From assembly GCA_022844165.1 (NCBI GenBank), contig JALHMH010000004.1, forward strand, positions 10,197-74,196: a DNA stretch of 64,000 nucleotides, read 5' to 3'. How positions within the stretch are numbered: the first letter of the stretch is position 1; each line of letters starts with the position of its first letter. Both the position numbers and the translations under genes were made by a program. This stretch comes from Lysobacterales bacterium. GTDB lineage: Bacteria > Pseudomonadota > Gammaproteobacteria > Xanthomonadales > SZUA-5. This document shows positions 54,983 to 64,000 of this stretch, piece after piece. Below the pieces are notes generated by a model. The model did no database searches, was not told the origin of the DNA, and saw only the letters and a program-made list of their open reading frames with translations.

Positions 54983-55330
54983 GAGCGGTCCAAACTCTCT
55001 TGCCTGAAAGGAGATGCTTTGAGGTAACGTGTCCCAGATGTTCTGGTAAAGTTTTGTCAAAACTGCCGGCAGGTACTCGTTGCAACTCGGCAACCTGGCC
55101 GGCGCTCGCCGGCGAGCGCTATGGACCTCCAGCGCCTGGCGCGATGCCGGTCAATCCGACGGCCTGCGGCTGTGCACGAAAGCGCCGTCACCCCGGCCGA
55201 CTGCCCTGAAGTCGATTGCGCCAACGCCGCTGGGAATTGCTGCGTCGGATCTCCGCTGATTCGCGGTGTCGTTGTGCGATTGGCCGCGCGAACGCGTTTC
55301 AGTTTCGGACATGCATCCACGAGGTTTCTT

Positions 55331-56005
55331 ATGAGGTCGGTTACCTGGCAGCTAGCAGCGGCAGGTCTGGTGTCGATACTGGTTGTGGCCACGGCGCATG
55401 CGCGCACCGCCAGCGTGCGCGATACGCGACTTGTCGTCGAAAGCGACCACCCGTGCCAGTTGCGTATTGATGGGCGAGAACAGGGGGAAGTGGCGCCTGG
55501 CAAATCCCTGCATTTGAACCTGGATCTCGATGAAGTATTCGTCGAGTGCCAAAGCGAGCGCTTTCAGGACCTGAGGCATGAAGAGGTTTACGCACTGCCC
55601 AAGCTCGATCGAGCAGTGCTGTCCATCGTTTTCGGCGATGCCGTTCGCGACGCAGAAGAGAAGCTCGCGCGACAGCAGACACGGTTTCAAAGTCGATCGG
55701 ACGGCGTATTCGACAAGCAGCAGGGACTGGTCTGGGCGCGGGCCGAAAGCGATAAGGCACTGAACTGGCAACAGGCGCACGACTATTGCCCGAGTCTGGG
55801 CAGCGGCTGGCAATTGCCATCGGTTGCTCAGCTTGAGAGCCTGGCGCATCAGGATGCGCCGTTGGATTTCGGTGTCCAATACCAATGGAGCAACAAACGT
55901 GTTGATACGGATCGCGCGATCGCCGTTCGCGCGAAGTTCGGCATGTGGTCGGTCGAGAAAACGGACAGGCCATACGCTGCGCTCTGCGTGCTGATAAGTG
56001 AGTGA
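55331..56005 (+). CDS. exported DUF1566 (Lcl C-terminal-like) protein with a PEGA-like N-terminal half
   Basis: MRSVTWQLAAAGLVSILVVATAHA. QGLVWARAESDKALNWQQAHDYCPSLGSGWQLPSVAQLESL is the DUF1566 pattern. Confidence 0.65.
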   Translation: MRSVTWQLAAAGLVSILVVATAHARTASVRDTRLVVESDHPCQLRIDGREQGEVAPGKSLHLNLDLDEVFVECQSERFQDLRHEEVYALPKLDRAVLSIVFGDAVRDAEEKLARQQTRFQSRSDGVFDKQQGLVWARAESDKALNWQQAHDYCPSLGSGWQLPSVAQLESLAHQDAPLDFGVQYQWSNKRVDTDRAIAVRAKFGMWSVEKTDRPYAALCVLISE

Positions 56006-56060
56006 AGGCAGTCCCGTCGGGTTTTTGTACTCGGCCGAAGGCGGAGATGGGCGATGCGGG

Positions 56061-56693
56061 ATGCGAGGAAACAGCGGTGCCTGGTTTGTGGAGCCGATCC
56101 ATGCACGTGACCTGCGTGAGAACAGCATCGGGCCTTCGTTTCGTGACCTGGACCTTCGCCACATGGATGATCGGCTGACGCGACTTCGCCAATGGCTGAC
56201 GCCGAATTATCTGCACCGTGCGCTGGCGGTCCCGGAACACGTGCTGCTGAAGCCGGGCTGGCGGTTGTACGTGTTGAAAATCGACGGGCTCACGCGTCAA
56301 CTGACGGGTCCGCGAACGCGAGTCCTGGCATTCGAGCAATTGCGGACGCGGCTGTTTCCCCAGATCTTATTGCGCCTGGATTTCACTGACGTCGTCGACA
56401 TCACCCAGGATGGACATCAGCTATGGCTCTCCGAAGCGGCGACCGTGCGGTGGCGCAATGCCGCACCGAACCCTGCTTCGACCATCGCCTTTGCATTCCA
56501 GTATCTGCCCTTCGCCATCGCTCTGGATGGCGAGTGTCTTAGTGGCGGTTGGATCGTGCCGGCACAAAGTCGCGCCATCGGGGCAGCGCCGCGCATGCGC
56601 CTTCTGGTTGGGTCGCGACAGCTGACCATCGAGTTCGTTGCCGATGGCAACGACGATCCGGCTCGCGCCATGATTGCCAGCCGCAACGGTTGA
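56061..56693 (+). CDS. hypothetical protein
   Basis: The in-frame ATG is at 56061 (or 56163). It has coding-like codon bias. I recognised no family. Confidence 0.45.
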   Translation: MRGNSGAWFVEPIHARDLRENSIGPSFRDLDLRHMDDRLTRLRQWLTPNYLHRALAVPEHVLLKPGWRLYVLKIDGLTRQLTGPRTRVLAFEQLRTRLFPQILLRLDFTDVVDITQDGHQLWLSEAATVRWRNAAPNPASTIAFAFQYLPFAIALDGECLSGGWIVPAQSRAIGAAPRMRLLVGSRQLTIEFVADGNDDPARAMIASRNG

Positions 56694-56835
56694 GACTCGG
56701 CATCGCCTCGTCCCGACATTCGAGCGTGGTTGTGTTGGCGTCACGCTGCATACGCCGTGCGCGGCTTCCTCGTGGGTTGGCCCGTCGCCATCAACTCGTG
56801 AGGGCTGTTCGCGTTGAACCGTCGAGTGCTGGCGC

Positions 56836-58407
56836 CTAAGGATTGAGCAACTCGAAGCGCCTCACATCCAGATTCGGATGGCGCGATTTCAATGCGATCA
56901 GCCAATCTTCCTCTGTCTCTGGCTCGCCAGTCGCCGGCGCCAGACCACCGACGCCGCGCGTCGGTTCGAACGCATAGAGGCCTTCGCCCGGCGTATCCAG
57001 CGCCGCCTGCTGCGCCGCCTGGATATGTTCGCTGTCGATCGGCTCGGCGCTCAACAGCACGAAAAAGCGCTCGCGACCGCCGCGACTGGTAATGCGCCAA
57101 TCGAGCGCCGCATCGGGCAGCCGGTAGCTGCCTGGAGCGAGTGGGTTTTTGAGTGTTGAGGTGTTCAGCGGAAACAGCAAAAAGCGCGCACCAGCCAGGT
57201 CCTCATTGATGACGTAGACGTGGCGGCGGCTGCTCAACGAGAGATTCAGTGCCAAGGCATCGCCGACGCGGGCAGTGGCGCCGTTAGCGAGGATTTCGAT
57301 GCCTTGATCGGTGGTGCGCAGCCATTCGGTGCGATGCGGCACCGGTGCAACCGGCCACCACGCGATGACGGCTGCTACCATCGCGGCGGCCGCAGCCGCG
57401 GCCAGGGGCAGCGCTCGACTTCGCGACGGTGCGGCCCGCAGTGCCGCCGCAAAATTGCCGCAACTCAGGTGTCGCCTGGCCGGATCGGTGACCAGGGCCC
57501 TTTCGATCGCATCGATCAATGTGCGCGGCAGGTCCGGTCGCAAGTCCATCAGTCGTCGGCGCTCGCCGTTCCGTTGCCGGGTTTTGAGCTCGATTACGGT
57601 CTCGGCAGCGTAGGGATAGCTGCGTGTTGCAAGAAAGAACAGCAATACACCCAGGCTGTATTGGTCGGCCAGCGACGTGATCGCCGTTGACGTAAAGCGC
57701 TCCGGCGCCATGAACAGCGGCGTGCCGCTGGCGCCTAAGGGATCGTCGGCGTATTGGCTGGAGCCGAAATCGGCGACGACCCAACGGCCATCGCGATGGC
57801 GCAAGACATTGGCCGGCTTCAGATCGCCGTGGACGATATTGCCCTGATGCAGCGCGCATAGCGCGGCGCACAATTCGGTGCCGATCATGGTCAACTCGCT
57901 GGCGCTGAGTTTGCCCTGGCGTGCCAGCCACTGCTCAAGCGATTCGCCCGGAAGCAACTCGCCGACAAATCCGATGATGCGATCGGTCTCGATGGCGCCG
58001 TACACCTTCAGCACGTTCGGGTGGTCGATGCGTGCCATCAACTGTCCTTCGCGCAGCAGATCCTGGCGGTGGCCGCTCTTGAACACTTTGAGCGCAACGT
58101 CGCGATCCAGTCGCACATCGTGGGCGCGATACACGGTGCCATAACTGCCCTCACCGAGTACCGCGGCGATGCGCAAGTCGCCCACGATGGTGCCGATGGA
58201 TATCGGCCCCGCGGCCTCCGGCACGTCGGCAGCGACCGCAAAACTGCCCGCCAGGGCAGCCACCTGGCGGAGGCTTCCCAGCAGCGCTGGACTTAAGTCC
58301 TCCGCTGCCTTCGTCCAATCGATGGGCAATCCTTCGGCCAGCCGGGTCGTCCACTTGAGTAAGGGATCGGCGTGCAGTGGGGTGACATTACTTGCGGTCG
58401 CCGCCAT
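56836..58407 (-). CDS. Ser/Thr protein kinase with one TM helix and a periplasmic C-terminal domain
   Basis: GEGSYGTVYRA, VALK, HGDLKPANVL, ADFGSS. TM helix LPLAAAAAAAMVAAVIAWW. The C-terminal beta-rich domain is DUF4384-like. Confidence 0.85.
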   Translation of the reverse strand: MAATASNVTPLHADPLLKWTTRLAEGLPIDWTKAAEDLSPALLGSLRQVAALAGSFAVAADVPEAAGPISIGTIVGDLRIAAVLGEGSYGTVYRAHDVRLDRDVALKVFKSGHRQDLLREGQLMARIDHPNVLKVYGAIETDRIIGFVGELLPGESLEQWLARQGKLSASELTMIGTELCAALCALHQGNIVHGDLKPANVLRHRDGRWVVADFGSSQYADDPLGASGTPLFMAPERFTSTAITSLADQYSLGVLLFFLATRSYPYAAETVIELKTRQRNGERRRLMDLRPDLPRTLIDAIERALVTDPARRHLSCGNFAAALRAAPSRSRALPLAAAAAAAMVAAVIAWWPVAPVPHRTEWLRTTDQGIEILANGATARVGDALALNLSLSSRRHVYVINEDLAGARFLLFPLNTSTLKNPLAPGSYRLPDAALDWRITSRGGRERFFVLLSAEPIDSEHIQAAQQAALDTPGEGLYAFEPTRGVGGLAPATGEPETEEDWLIALKSRHPNLDVRRFELLNP

Positions 58408-58536
58408 CGCTCAGTCCTTGCGTATGCTCATGTGATGCGCCAGATTCGTCAGGGCCGGCTGTCTACGTGCTGGGTGGTCGCGGCCGGAAACCGGCCGGAC
58501 GCGCCGGATTCTGGCATGCCTATGGTTCGCCCTGCA

Positions 58537-61500
58537 TCACTCGAAGCCACTGGCGAACAGGCTGTCAAGTACGACTTCGTGAGTCGTGTTACGGCTGCTG
58601 GGATTGAAGTTGGCATTGCCCAGATAGTTGAAACTGATGCTGCGCACGCCGACCTGAGTCAATGTCAGCTGGCAACTGGTGGCAGGCAACGCGATGGTGC
58701 AGTTCTCACTGGCGCTGGCCGAAACCGTAATACTGCCGGTCGGCGATCCAGCGCCCGGCGCCTCGACGCCCAGAATTGCGCTCGCTGTGACGGTTTGGCC
58801 CGCAATCGATGGCGAGGGTGCGATCGAGAGCCCATTGAGTGCCGTATTGGCCGCCAGCACTTGCTGCGCCTGGCCGTCGCAACTGCCGTTGAAACCATTC
58901 CCAGCGGGGAAACATGCTGTGAGCAGTGTGTTGCCGGCAACACTGCTCACCAGTTGGCAACTGCCCGAGCCATTGGTGACGACGCCATTGCACGACGGAC
59001 TTCCGCCGCTTCCGTTGATGAAAAAGCCACCAGTTGGCAAGCTGCCATTGGCCGCGGTGACCAGGACGTTGACGACGTAGGCTTCTCCCACTCGAGAAGG
59101 ATTTGGCGCCTGGCCGGTGATGGTGATTGTGGTGTTCACCGCCTGCGGCATCGTCACAGTATGCGGCTCGGTATCGCTGCTGGATGCATAGCTGGCGTTG
59201 CCCGAGTAGTTGGCGGTGAGCGTTTTTTGCCCGGCACTGGTGGATGTCAACTGACAGGAGGCCATGCCGCCGCTGAGGGTCACGTTGGTGCAGCTGGCGC
59301 CGCTGCCATCGTTGATACTGACCGTGCCGGTCGGCGTGGCGCCGGCGCCCGCGACTTGCACCATGACGGTGTAGGGCTGATTCACCTCGGAGGGATCCGG
59401 TAGATCCGAGGTGATGGTGGTGGTGCTCGGCGGCAAAGTGACCGTGTGCGATTCGGTGTCCTGGCTGGCGGCGAAAGCCTGACTGTTCGGTGTGTAGACG
59501 GCGGTCAGGGTTTTCTGGCCCGGTGTGCTCGATGCCATCTGACAGGAACCGCCGCCGGTGCTGAGCACGATGGTGCAACTGGCGCCGCTCCCATCGCTGA
59601 CGCCGACAGTGCCGGTGGGTGCTGCGAATCCCAGGTTGGTCGCAACCGCTACTACCACTGTGTAGTTCTGACCGATGATCGAGGGATCCGGCGTGTCACT
59701 GATGATCGTGGTCGTGGTGCTGGCCGCCACCACCACGTGCGACTCGGTGTCGCTACTGTTCAAGAAGTTGGGGGCGCCGCTGAAGGTTGCGCTCAAGGTT
59801 TTGTTTCCGACCGTCAACGAGGTGAGCGCGCAGCTGCCATTGCCGCCGCTCAGGGAGGCGATCTGGCAGGTCTGGCCGGTTCCATCGGACACCGTCACCG
59901 TGCCCTGCGGAACCGCCAGATTCCCGTTCGGCGTGCGCACCTGGACTTGCACCTCATATGGCTGCCCAACTTCGCTGGGATCAGGTTGATCGCTGGTGAT
60001 GGTCAGTTGCGTGCCCACCGGATTGATCTGGTGGGGCTCGGTATCTGAGCTCGGCAGATGGAACAGCGATCCGGGAAAGTTGGCGGTCAGGGTTTTGTTG
60101 CCCAGCGTGGTCGACAGCATCTGGCAGCTGCCGCTGCCACTGGCGCTCAGCGCGATAACACACTGCACGCCGCTGCCGTCGCTGATCGTGATCTCGCCAT
60201 TGGGCGTGCCGCTCGGACTCGTGGTTTGCGCCGTCACCTGGTACGGCTGGCCGAACGCCGATGGATCTGGGGTGTCGGCCGTGATGGTGGTGGTACTCGC
60301 GCTGGCTTCGAGGAAACACAGACTCGCTTCGCTGGTGTCGCCGGTGGAGATACGGGTCGCCACGGCCGACAGCACGCCTCCCGTGGCGGTTCCTGGCACC
60401 GCCACGTTGAAGCCCACGACGCCCACCAGATTGGTCACAAACTGGGTCCCGACCAGATTCAGCATGTTGGCGCGGCCGTTGGGACAATCCGGCGAACGAT
60501 AGATGTCGATGATGTACTGGCCGGTCTGAGTGGCCAGCGAGCCCGACACCTGGCGAGTGCCATCGGGGTTGATCGTGGAGGCATTAATGACCGGCTTGTT
60601 CTGGCCGTTGTTCGGGCCGCCATCGGCATCGCCCGGGTCGTTGTCGAGCGGGCCAAGATCGCCGAGTTCGATGTTCTGGGCCAGCGTATTGGTCAGTCCG
60701 TTGGCGAATATCCGGTTCGGCCGGATGGCAACGCCAACGCCGGCGGTGGTCGTCAGGTGCACACCGGGCCCTTCGCTATTGGTGATGGTATTCGACGCGG
60801 CGCTGTTAAGAATGCCGCCAATCTGGTGGTTACCCGAGCCGCCGGTGATGACGATGCCGCTGGCATTGCGGAACGCCGGCGTGGGCACGCCGCTCGCCGC
60901 CGTGCCGAAGCGATTGCGCGCGATCTCGTAGCCGGTGGCAGTGGCGCCGGTGATCGAGAGTCCGGCGGAGTTCTGCGATGCGGCAATCACGTTGTCGAGG
61001 ATGCGTACATCCGGGCTGGCGCTGGCGAAGATGCCGTTACCGGTGATCGGTGAGGCGGCGAGGCCACTGGCGGCTACCCCGATGTAGTTGTTCTGGATCG
61101 TGTGACCGCCGCTGGTGCTGTCGAACAAGGTGATGCCGCTGGTCGACTGGCCGCCGAAGGTGTTGCGATGCTCAGGTTCAGGGCCGCCCACCGTGGCGTC
61201 CTGCGCGCTATCCTCGATGCGCAGGCCGAAACTGAAGGTGCCCAGATTCGCGTGCACACCGGGCCCGGCACCGCCAAAGGCATTGCCCTGCACGATGTGG
61301 TCGCTGCCGCCGCGCAGGCGCACGGCGCTGGTGGCGCTACCGGCAATTGCGTTGAACGCAACACCGCGTAAGATCAGGCTGGTGCCGGCCGGCGCGTTGG
61401 CCGGCACTTGCAGGTAGTGAGTCATGGTCGATCCGAAGGCATGGCTCATCGCCAGACAGATCACCGCATCGCTGCCAAGGGTCTGGGTATTGGGCACGGC

Positions 61501-62760
61501 GCCCGGCTGGCTGTAGCCATCGATTTCCAGGCTGTCGGTGATGTCCGGTAGCGGCGTCAGCAGTTGCACCAAGGGGATATTGGCCAGTACATTGCAACTG
61601 CCAGTGATGTCGAAGACGATCTTCTGTGTGCCCGGCGTGGCATTGGCCGAAGTGATCGCCGCGCGCAGTGAGCCGGCGCCGCTGTCATTCTCGTTGGTGA
61701 CGCTGAGCACCGGCAGATCGCTGATCGAAGACTCAAAGGCGCCCATGTCGTAACGTGTGCCGACCAGGCGCCCGCCGGCAGGGCCATCCAGATCCTGTGC
61801 GGGCGGCGAAAAATTGAGCTGGCTGGCTTCCACACTATTCAGACCGGCGTTGATCGCCACCGACACCGGCGCCGTTTCGCGCAGGCGGAAGTTGCCGCCA
61901 CCCACGAATCCGGGTGTTGAGCTGATGATATTGCCAGCGGATCCACCGGCTGGCAGCAGGCCTTGTGGGATGGCGGGGTAGAGGTTTTCGCGGAACACCC
62001 AGGCCTTCGCATCCGACAGATTCGGTACAGTTATGGCTGTCACGCAGCCGCTGGTGGCGACGATGTTCTGCACGAACAAGGAGTTGCTGCGCTCGCTGTA
62101 AAGACTGAGCGCCGGATCGTTGCCGTTGCACGACAGCGAAAAGGTGTTGAAAGCCACTTCGGGACGCGCGTCAGCGTTGGCATAGGACAGATCGACCGTG
62201 GAGTTGCCCAGCGTGGAGCCCAGCAGGCCCGCCATCACGTTGTTGGAAATGTTGTAGGTCTGGGCGTCGCTGGCGGCGATGAGCACGTACAAGCCGGTCA
62301 CGAATTCGTTGAAGCGAATGCGTATGAAGTCGGTATCCGGGCAGGACTGGCCGAACGGGCATGTGTTTTCGAACAAGAAGAACTGCCGGAAATTCTGGAA
62401 GCGAATGCCCTCGATCCGGAAACTGCGCTGGTTGCCGGTGAAGCTGAAGTCGCTGCCATTGGAGAGCGCACCGCTGCCAGTGAACACTGTGTTGGCGGAG
62501 TTGATCGTGCGTGCGGTGCATCCGCTATTCCAGCCGCCGGTCAAGGAAAACTCCTTGTCCTCACCGCTGCCGAAGCTCAGCCCGGCCGGCAGGGCGTAAC
62601 TGCCGCCGCGCACACGGATGTCCTGCACCGTGCCGTCGGCGTCGCCATTGGCGCTTGCAAACGCCGACTGAATTTCGCTGCTCGTATCGACGCAGTACAC
62701 GGCTGCGTCTACGCCCAAGGCAATCGTGGAGGCCAGGAAGGCACAATAGAAGCGCTGCAT
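58537..62760 (-). CDS. exported 1407-aa protein: parallel beta-helix region + about 8 Ig-like (~95-aa) repeats, ending ..LFASGFE
   Basis: ATG 62760 (MQRFYCAFLASTIALGVDAAVYC). It has beta-helix turns (NNVMAG.., IQNNYIGV.., ILDNVIAAS..). Repeats of T-x-I-x-S/D-x-PDPS-x-x-GQ-x-Y-x-V ... DG-x-G-x-C ... GNKTLTA. The terminal sequence is VVLDSLFASGFE*. Confidence 0.85.
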   Translation of the reverse strand: MQRFYCAFLASTIALGVDAAVYCVDTSSEIQSAFASANGDADGTVQDIRVRGGSYALPAGLSFGSGEDKEFSLTGGWNSGCTARTINSANTVFTGSGALSNGSDFSFTGNQRSFRIEGIRFQNFRQFFLFENTCPFGQSCPDTDFIRIRFNEFVTGLYVLIAASDAQTYNISNNVMAGLLGSTLGNSTVDLSYANADARPEVAFNTFSLSCNGNDPALSLYSERSNSLFVQNIVATSGCVTAITVPNLSDAKAWVFRENLYPAIPQGLLPAGGSAGNIISSTPGFVGGGNFRLRETAPVSVAINAGLNSVEASQLNFSPPAQDLDGPAGGRLVGTRYDMGAFESSISDLPVLSVTNENDSGAGSLRAAITSANATPGTQKIVFDITGSCNVLANIPLVQLLTPLPDITDSLEIDGYSQPGAVPNTQTLGSDAVICLAMSHAFGSTMTHYLQVPANAPAGTSLILRGVAFNAIAGSATSAVRLRGGSDHIVQGNAFGGAGPGVHANLGTFSFGLRIEDSAQDATVGGPEPEHRNTFGGQSTSGITLFDSTSGGHTIQNNYIGVAASGLAASPITGNGIFASASPDVRILDNVIAASQNSAGLSITGATATGYEIARNRFGTAASGVPTPAFRNASGIVITGGSGNHQIGGILNSAASNTITNSEGPGVHLTTTAGVGVAIRPNRIFANGLTNTLAQNIELGDLGPLDNDPGDADGGPNNGQNKPVINASTINPDGTRQVSGSLATQTGQYIIDIYRSPDCPNGRANMLNLVGTQFVTNLVGVVGFNVAVPGTATGGVLSAVATRISTGDTSEASLCFLEASASTTTITADTPDPSAFGQPYQVTAQTTSPSGTPNGEITISDGSGVQCVIALSASGSGSCQMLSTTLGNKTLTANFPGSLFHLPSSDTEPHQINPVGTQLTITSDQPDPSEVGQPYEVQVQVRTPNGNLAVPQGTVTVSDGTGQTCQIASLSGGNGSCALTSLTVGNKTLSATFSGAPNFLNSSDTESHVVVAASTTTTIISDTPDPSIIGQNYTVVVAVATNLGFAAPTGTVGVSDGSGASCTIVLSTGGGSCQMASSTPGQKTLTAVYTPNSQAFAASQDTESHTVTLPPSTTTITSDLPDPSEVNQPYTVMVQVAGAGATPTGTVSINDGSGASCTNVTLSGGMASCQLTSTSAGQKTLTANYSGNASYASSSDTEPHTVTMPQAVNTTITITGQAPNPSRVGEAYVVNVLVTAANGSLPTGGFFINGSGGSPSCNGVVTNGSGSCQLVSSVAGNTLLTACFPAGNGFNGSCDGQAQQVLAANTALNGLSIAPSPSIAGQTVTASAILGVEAPGAGSPTGSITVSASASENCTIALPATSCQLTLTQVGVRSISFNYLGNANFNPSSRNTTHEVVLDSLFASGFE

Positions 62761-63114
62761 GAAGATCCCTGAGTGGTTTGGCTTGCCATGGAAAACGTCG
62801 ACACCAGGCAAAGCGCACAACAGGGCTGCGAATCTCTGCGGATTTCGTCTGCGCGGTCGGCCAGCAGCACTTCGAGGCGCTCAAGGCGGTCTCCCAGCTC
62901 GAACAACTCAGCATGAACCTCGGCCGTGACTTCGATGCGGGGGCTTAAGGTCTCATAGCTGCCCGAGGCGGCAGGCTTGATCCGCACGTCCAGCCATTGC
63001 CAATCGCCCGCGAACTGGGCGATGCCAAAGTCGAGTCGCACACTGAACAGGCCGTTGTTGTACTCCGATCGAGCCGGCTTGCCTTGCTCTATCGGATTCG
63101 GATGGGGGCAGGGT

Positions 63115-64000
63115 TCAATCGCTGTTGCGCGATGACGGCAACACCGTCACTGGATCAAGTGCGGCCAGCGCTTCCAGATCTTCGACAACATTTGGGTGGC
63201 TGTCATCGCCATACAGTTCACGATCGATCGACAATGCCTCGGTCCATTCACTGCGCGCTTGCGCGATACGACCAACCGCCGCTAATGCACGGGCGCGAGA
63301 GGTGCGCCAATTGCGAACTCCCAGGCTGCGCGGGCCGCGGTACTCGCGCGTGGCCTCGCCAACGCGTTCCAGCCGGTCGAGCGCCGCCTGCGGCTGACCG
63401 AGTTCGACCTCCAGATTTGCATAGTTGACCTCAAGACGCAGTGTGGCGCTGTTGTCCGCGCCATATACCGCTCGTCCGTCTTCGAGTGCGCGTTGATACC
63501 AGGGCTGACTTGCAGCGACGTCGCCGCCCAGACGGAGAGCGGATCCAATCATGGACGCAACGTTGACGGCCTGGACGCTGCGCGCGCCGAATCTTCGCTC
63601 CACGATAGGATAAAGCGGCTTCAGCAGTCCTCTCGCTTTGTCGTATTGCTGGTGCACGAGGTAAAGTACTGCGAGCGAGTTCTGCGCAGAAATGGTTCGG
63701 CTATGCGCCTCGCCGCGCAGCGTTGTCAGCCGCGCGATAACGCTGAGATAGGTGCTCTCTGCATTCTCGAAATCGCCGGCATCGCCCAGGGCGATAGCAA
63801 TTGTGTGCAGGTTGCCCAGGGTCGCCGGATCGTCGGCGCCAAGATGCGTCTCAAGCAGCGGTTGCAGCGGCTGCGCCAGGGCCAACGCACGCCGTGCATC
63901 TCCACTACGTGCGATCTGATCGACCAACGCCTGGCGGCGCTCCAGGGTGTCGGAATCGAGGGCACCGAAGGCCTGCTCGCTCTCGCGCGCAACTGCCTCC
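63115..64000 (-). CDS. TPR-repeat protein, C-terminal part (the 5' end probably lies beyond the window)
   Basis: It has repeated A-x-x-x-Y-x-x-A-L / LG-x-x-HP-type TPR units (ESTYLSVIARL.., QPWYQRALEDG.., RSEWTEALSID..). The frame stays open to position 64000. Confidence 0.7.
   Translation of the reverse strand, partial: EAVARESEQAFGALDSDTLERRQALVDQIARSGDARRALALAQPLQPLLETHLGADDPATLGNLHTIAIALGDAGDFENAESTYLSVIARLTTLRGEAHSRTISAQNSLAVLYLVHQQYDKARGLLKPLYPIVERRFGARSVQAVNVASMIGSALRLGGDVAASQPWYQRALEDGRAVYGADNSATLRLEVNYANLEVELGQPQAALDRLERVGEATREYRGPRSLGVRNWRTSRARALAAVGRIAQARSEWTEALSIDRELYGDDSHPNVVEDLEALAALDPVTVLPSSRNSD

Noticed and set aside
62709-63041. An ORF reading ..FSVRLDFGIAQFAGDWQWLDVRIKPAASGSYETLSPRIEVTAEV..LERLEVLL, reminiscent of N-terminal regions of tail-fibre/collagen-like proteins with S74 chaperone domains.
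   Set aside because: It has no proper start and its 3' part overlaps the start of the 1407-aa gene. The resemblance is from memory and cannot be verified here. It may be a gene remnant, but I do not call it.
1-64000. Searched by eye for integrase, transposase, recombinase, reverse transcriptase, cas, rRNA and tRNA genes that would define a classical mobile element or island boundary.
   Set aside because: None was recognised. The repeats are therefore reported as non-autonomous repeats rather than mobile elements, and island boundaries are inferred only from GC shifts and gene content.

Overview
This is a high-GC window: about 65-70% in hand-counted 60-nt lines, with islands of about 50-58%. 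The gene content resembles a Xanthomonadales/Lysobacterales-type gammaproteobacterium, but that placement is inference only.

Positions 1 to about 21.6 kb are mostly core genes. They hold the 3' part of NAD-glutamate dehydrogenase, purB, a RoxA/YcfD-like oxygenase, and a zrgABCD-like zinc-uptake locus whose last gene is separated by about 690 bp of nested repeats. They also hold a DEAD-box paralogue with most catalytic motifs substituted, DUF2339, a 5'-nucleotidase, trmJ, leuB, and a 31-bp-duplication-flanked DUF4259 insert.

From about 21.9 kb onward the window is an accessory mosaic. It contains one intact MazF/PemK toxin-antitoxin (TA) pair and decayed HEPN/MNT, RhuM, Fic, ABC-ATPase and PLP-enzyme remnants. 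Several 160-390 bp segmental duplications occur between the 25-28 kb and 42-46 kb regions. At least four interspersed repeat families are present, plus ankyrin proteins, a TetR-P450 pair and several very large exported repeat proteins.

The best candidates for something undescribed are:
- A lower-GC three-gene operon at 48.2-55.0 kb: an exported Cys-rich, binding-protein-like polytopic giant, a 225-aa orphan, and a cytoplasmic HExxH...E protease.
- A lower-GC stand-alone protein at 30976-32352 with two nucleoside-deoxyribosyltransferase/TIR-like domains and three C-terminal transmembrane (TM) helices, sitting in the TA-rich island.
- A recurrent extreme C-terminal F-x-x-G-F-E motif on five exported proteins or remnants.

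By eye I found no rRNA, tRNA, CRISPR array, integrase or transposase. All family assignments rest on motifs read from the translations and recalled family knowledge. No database search was run.
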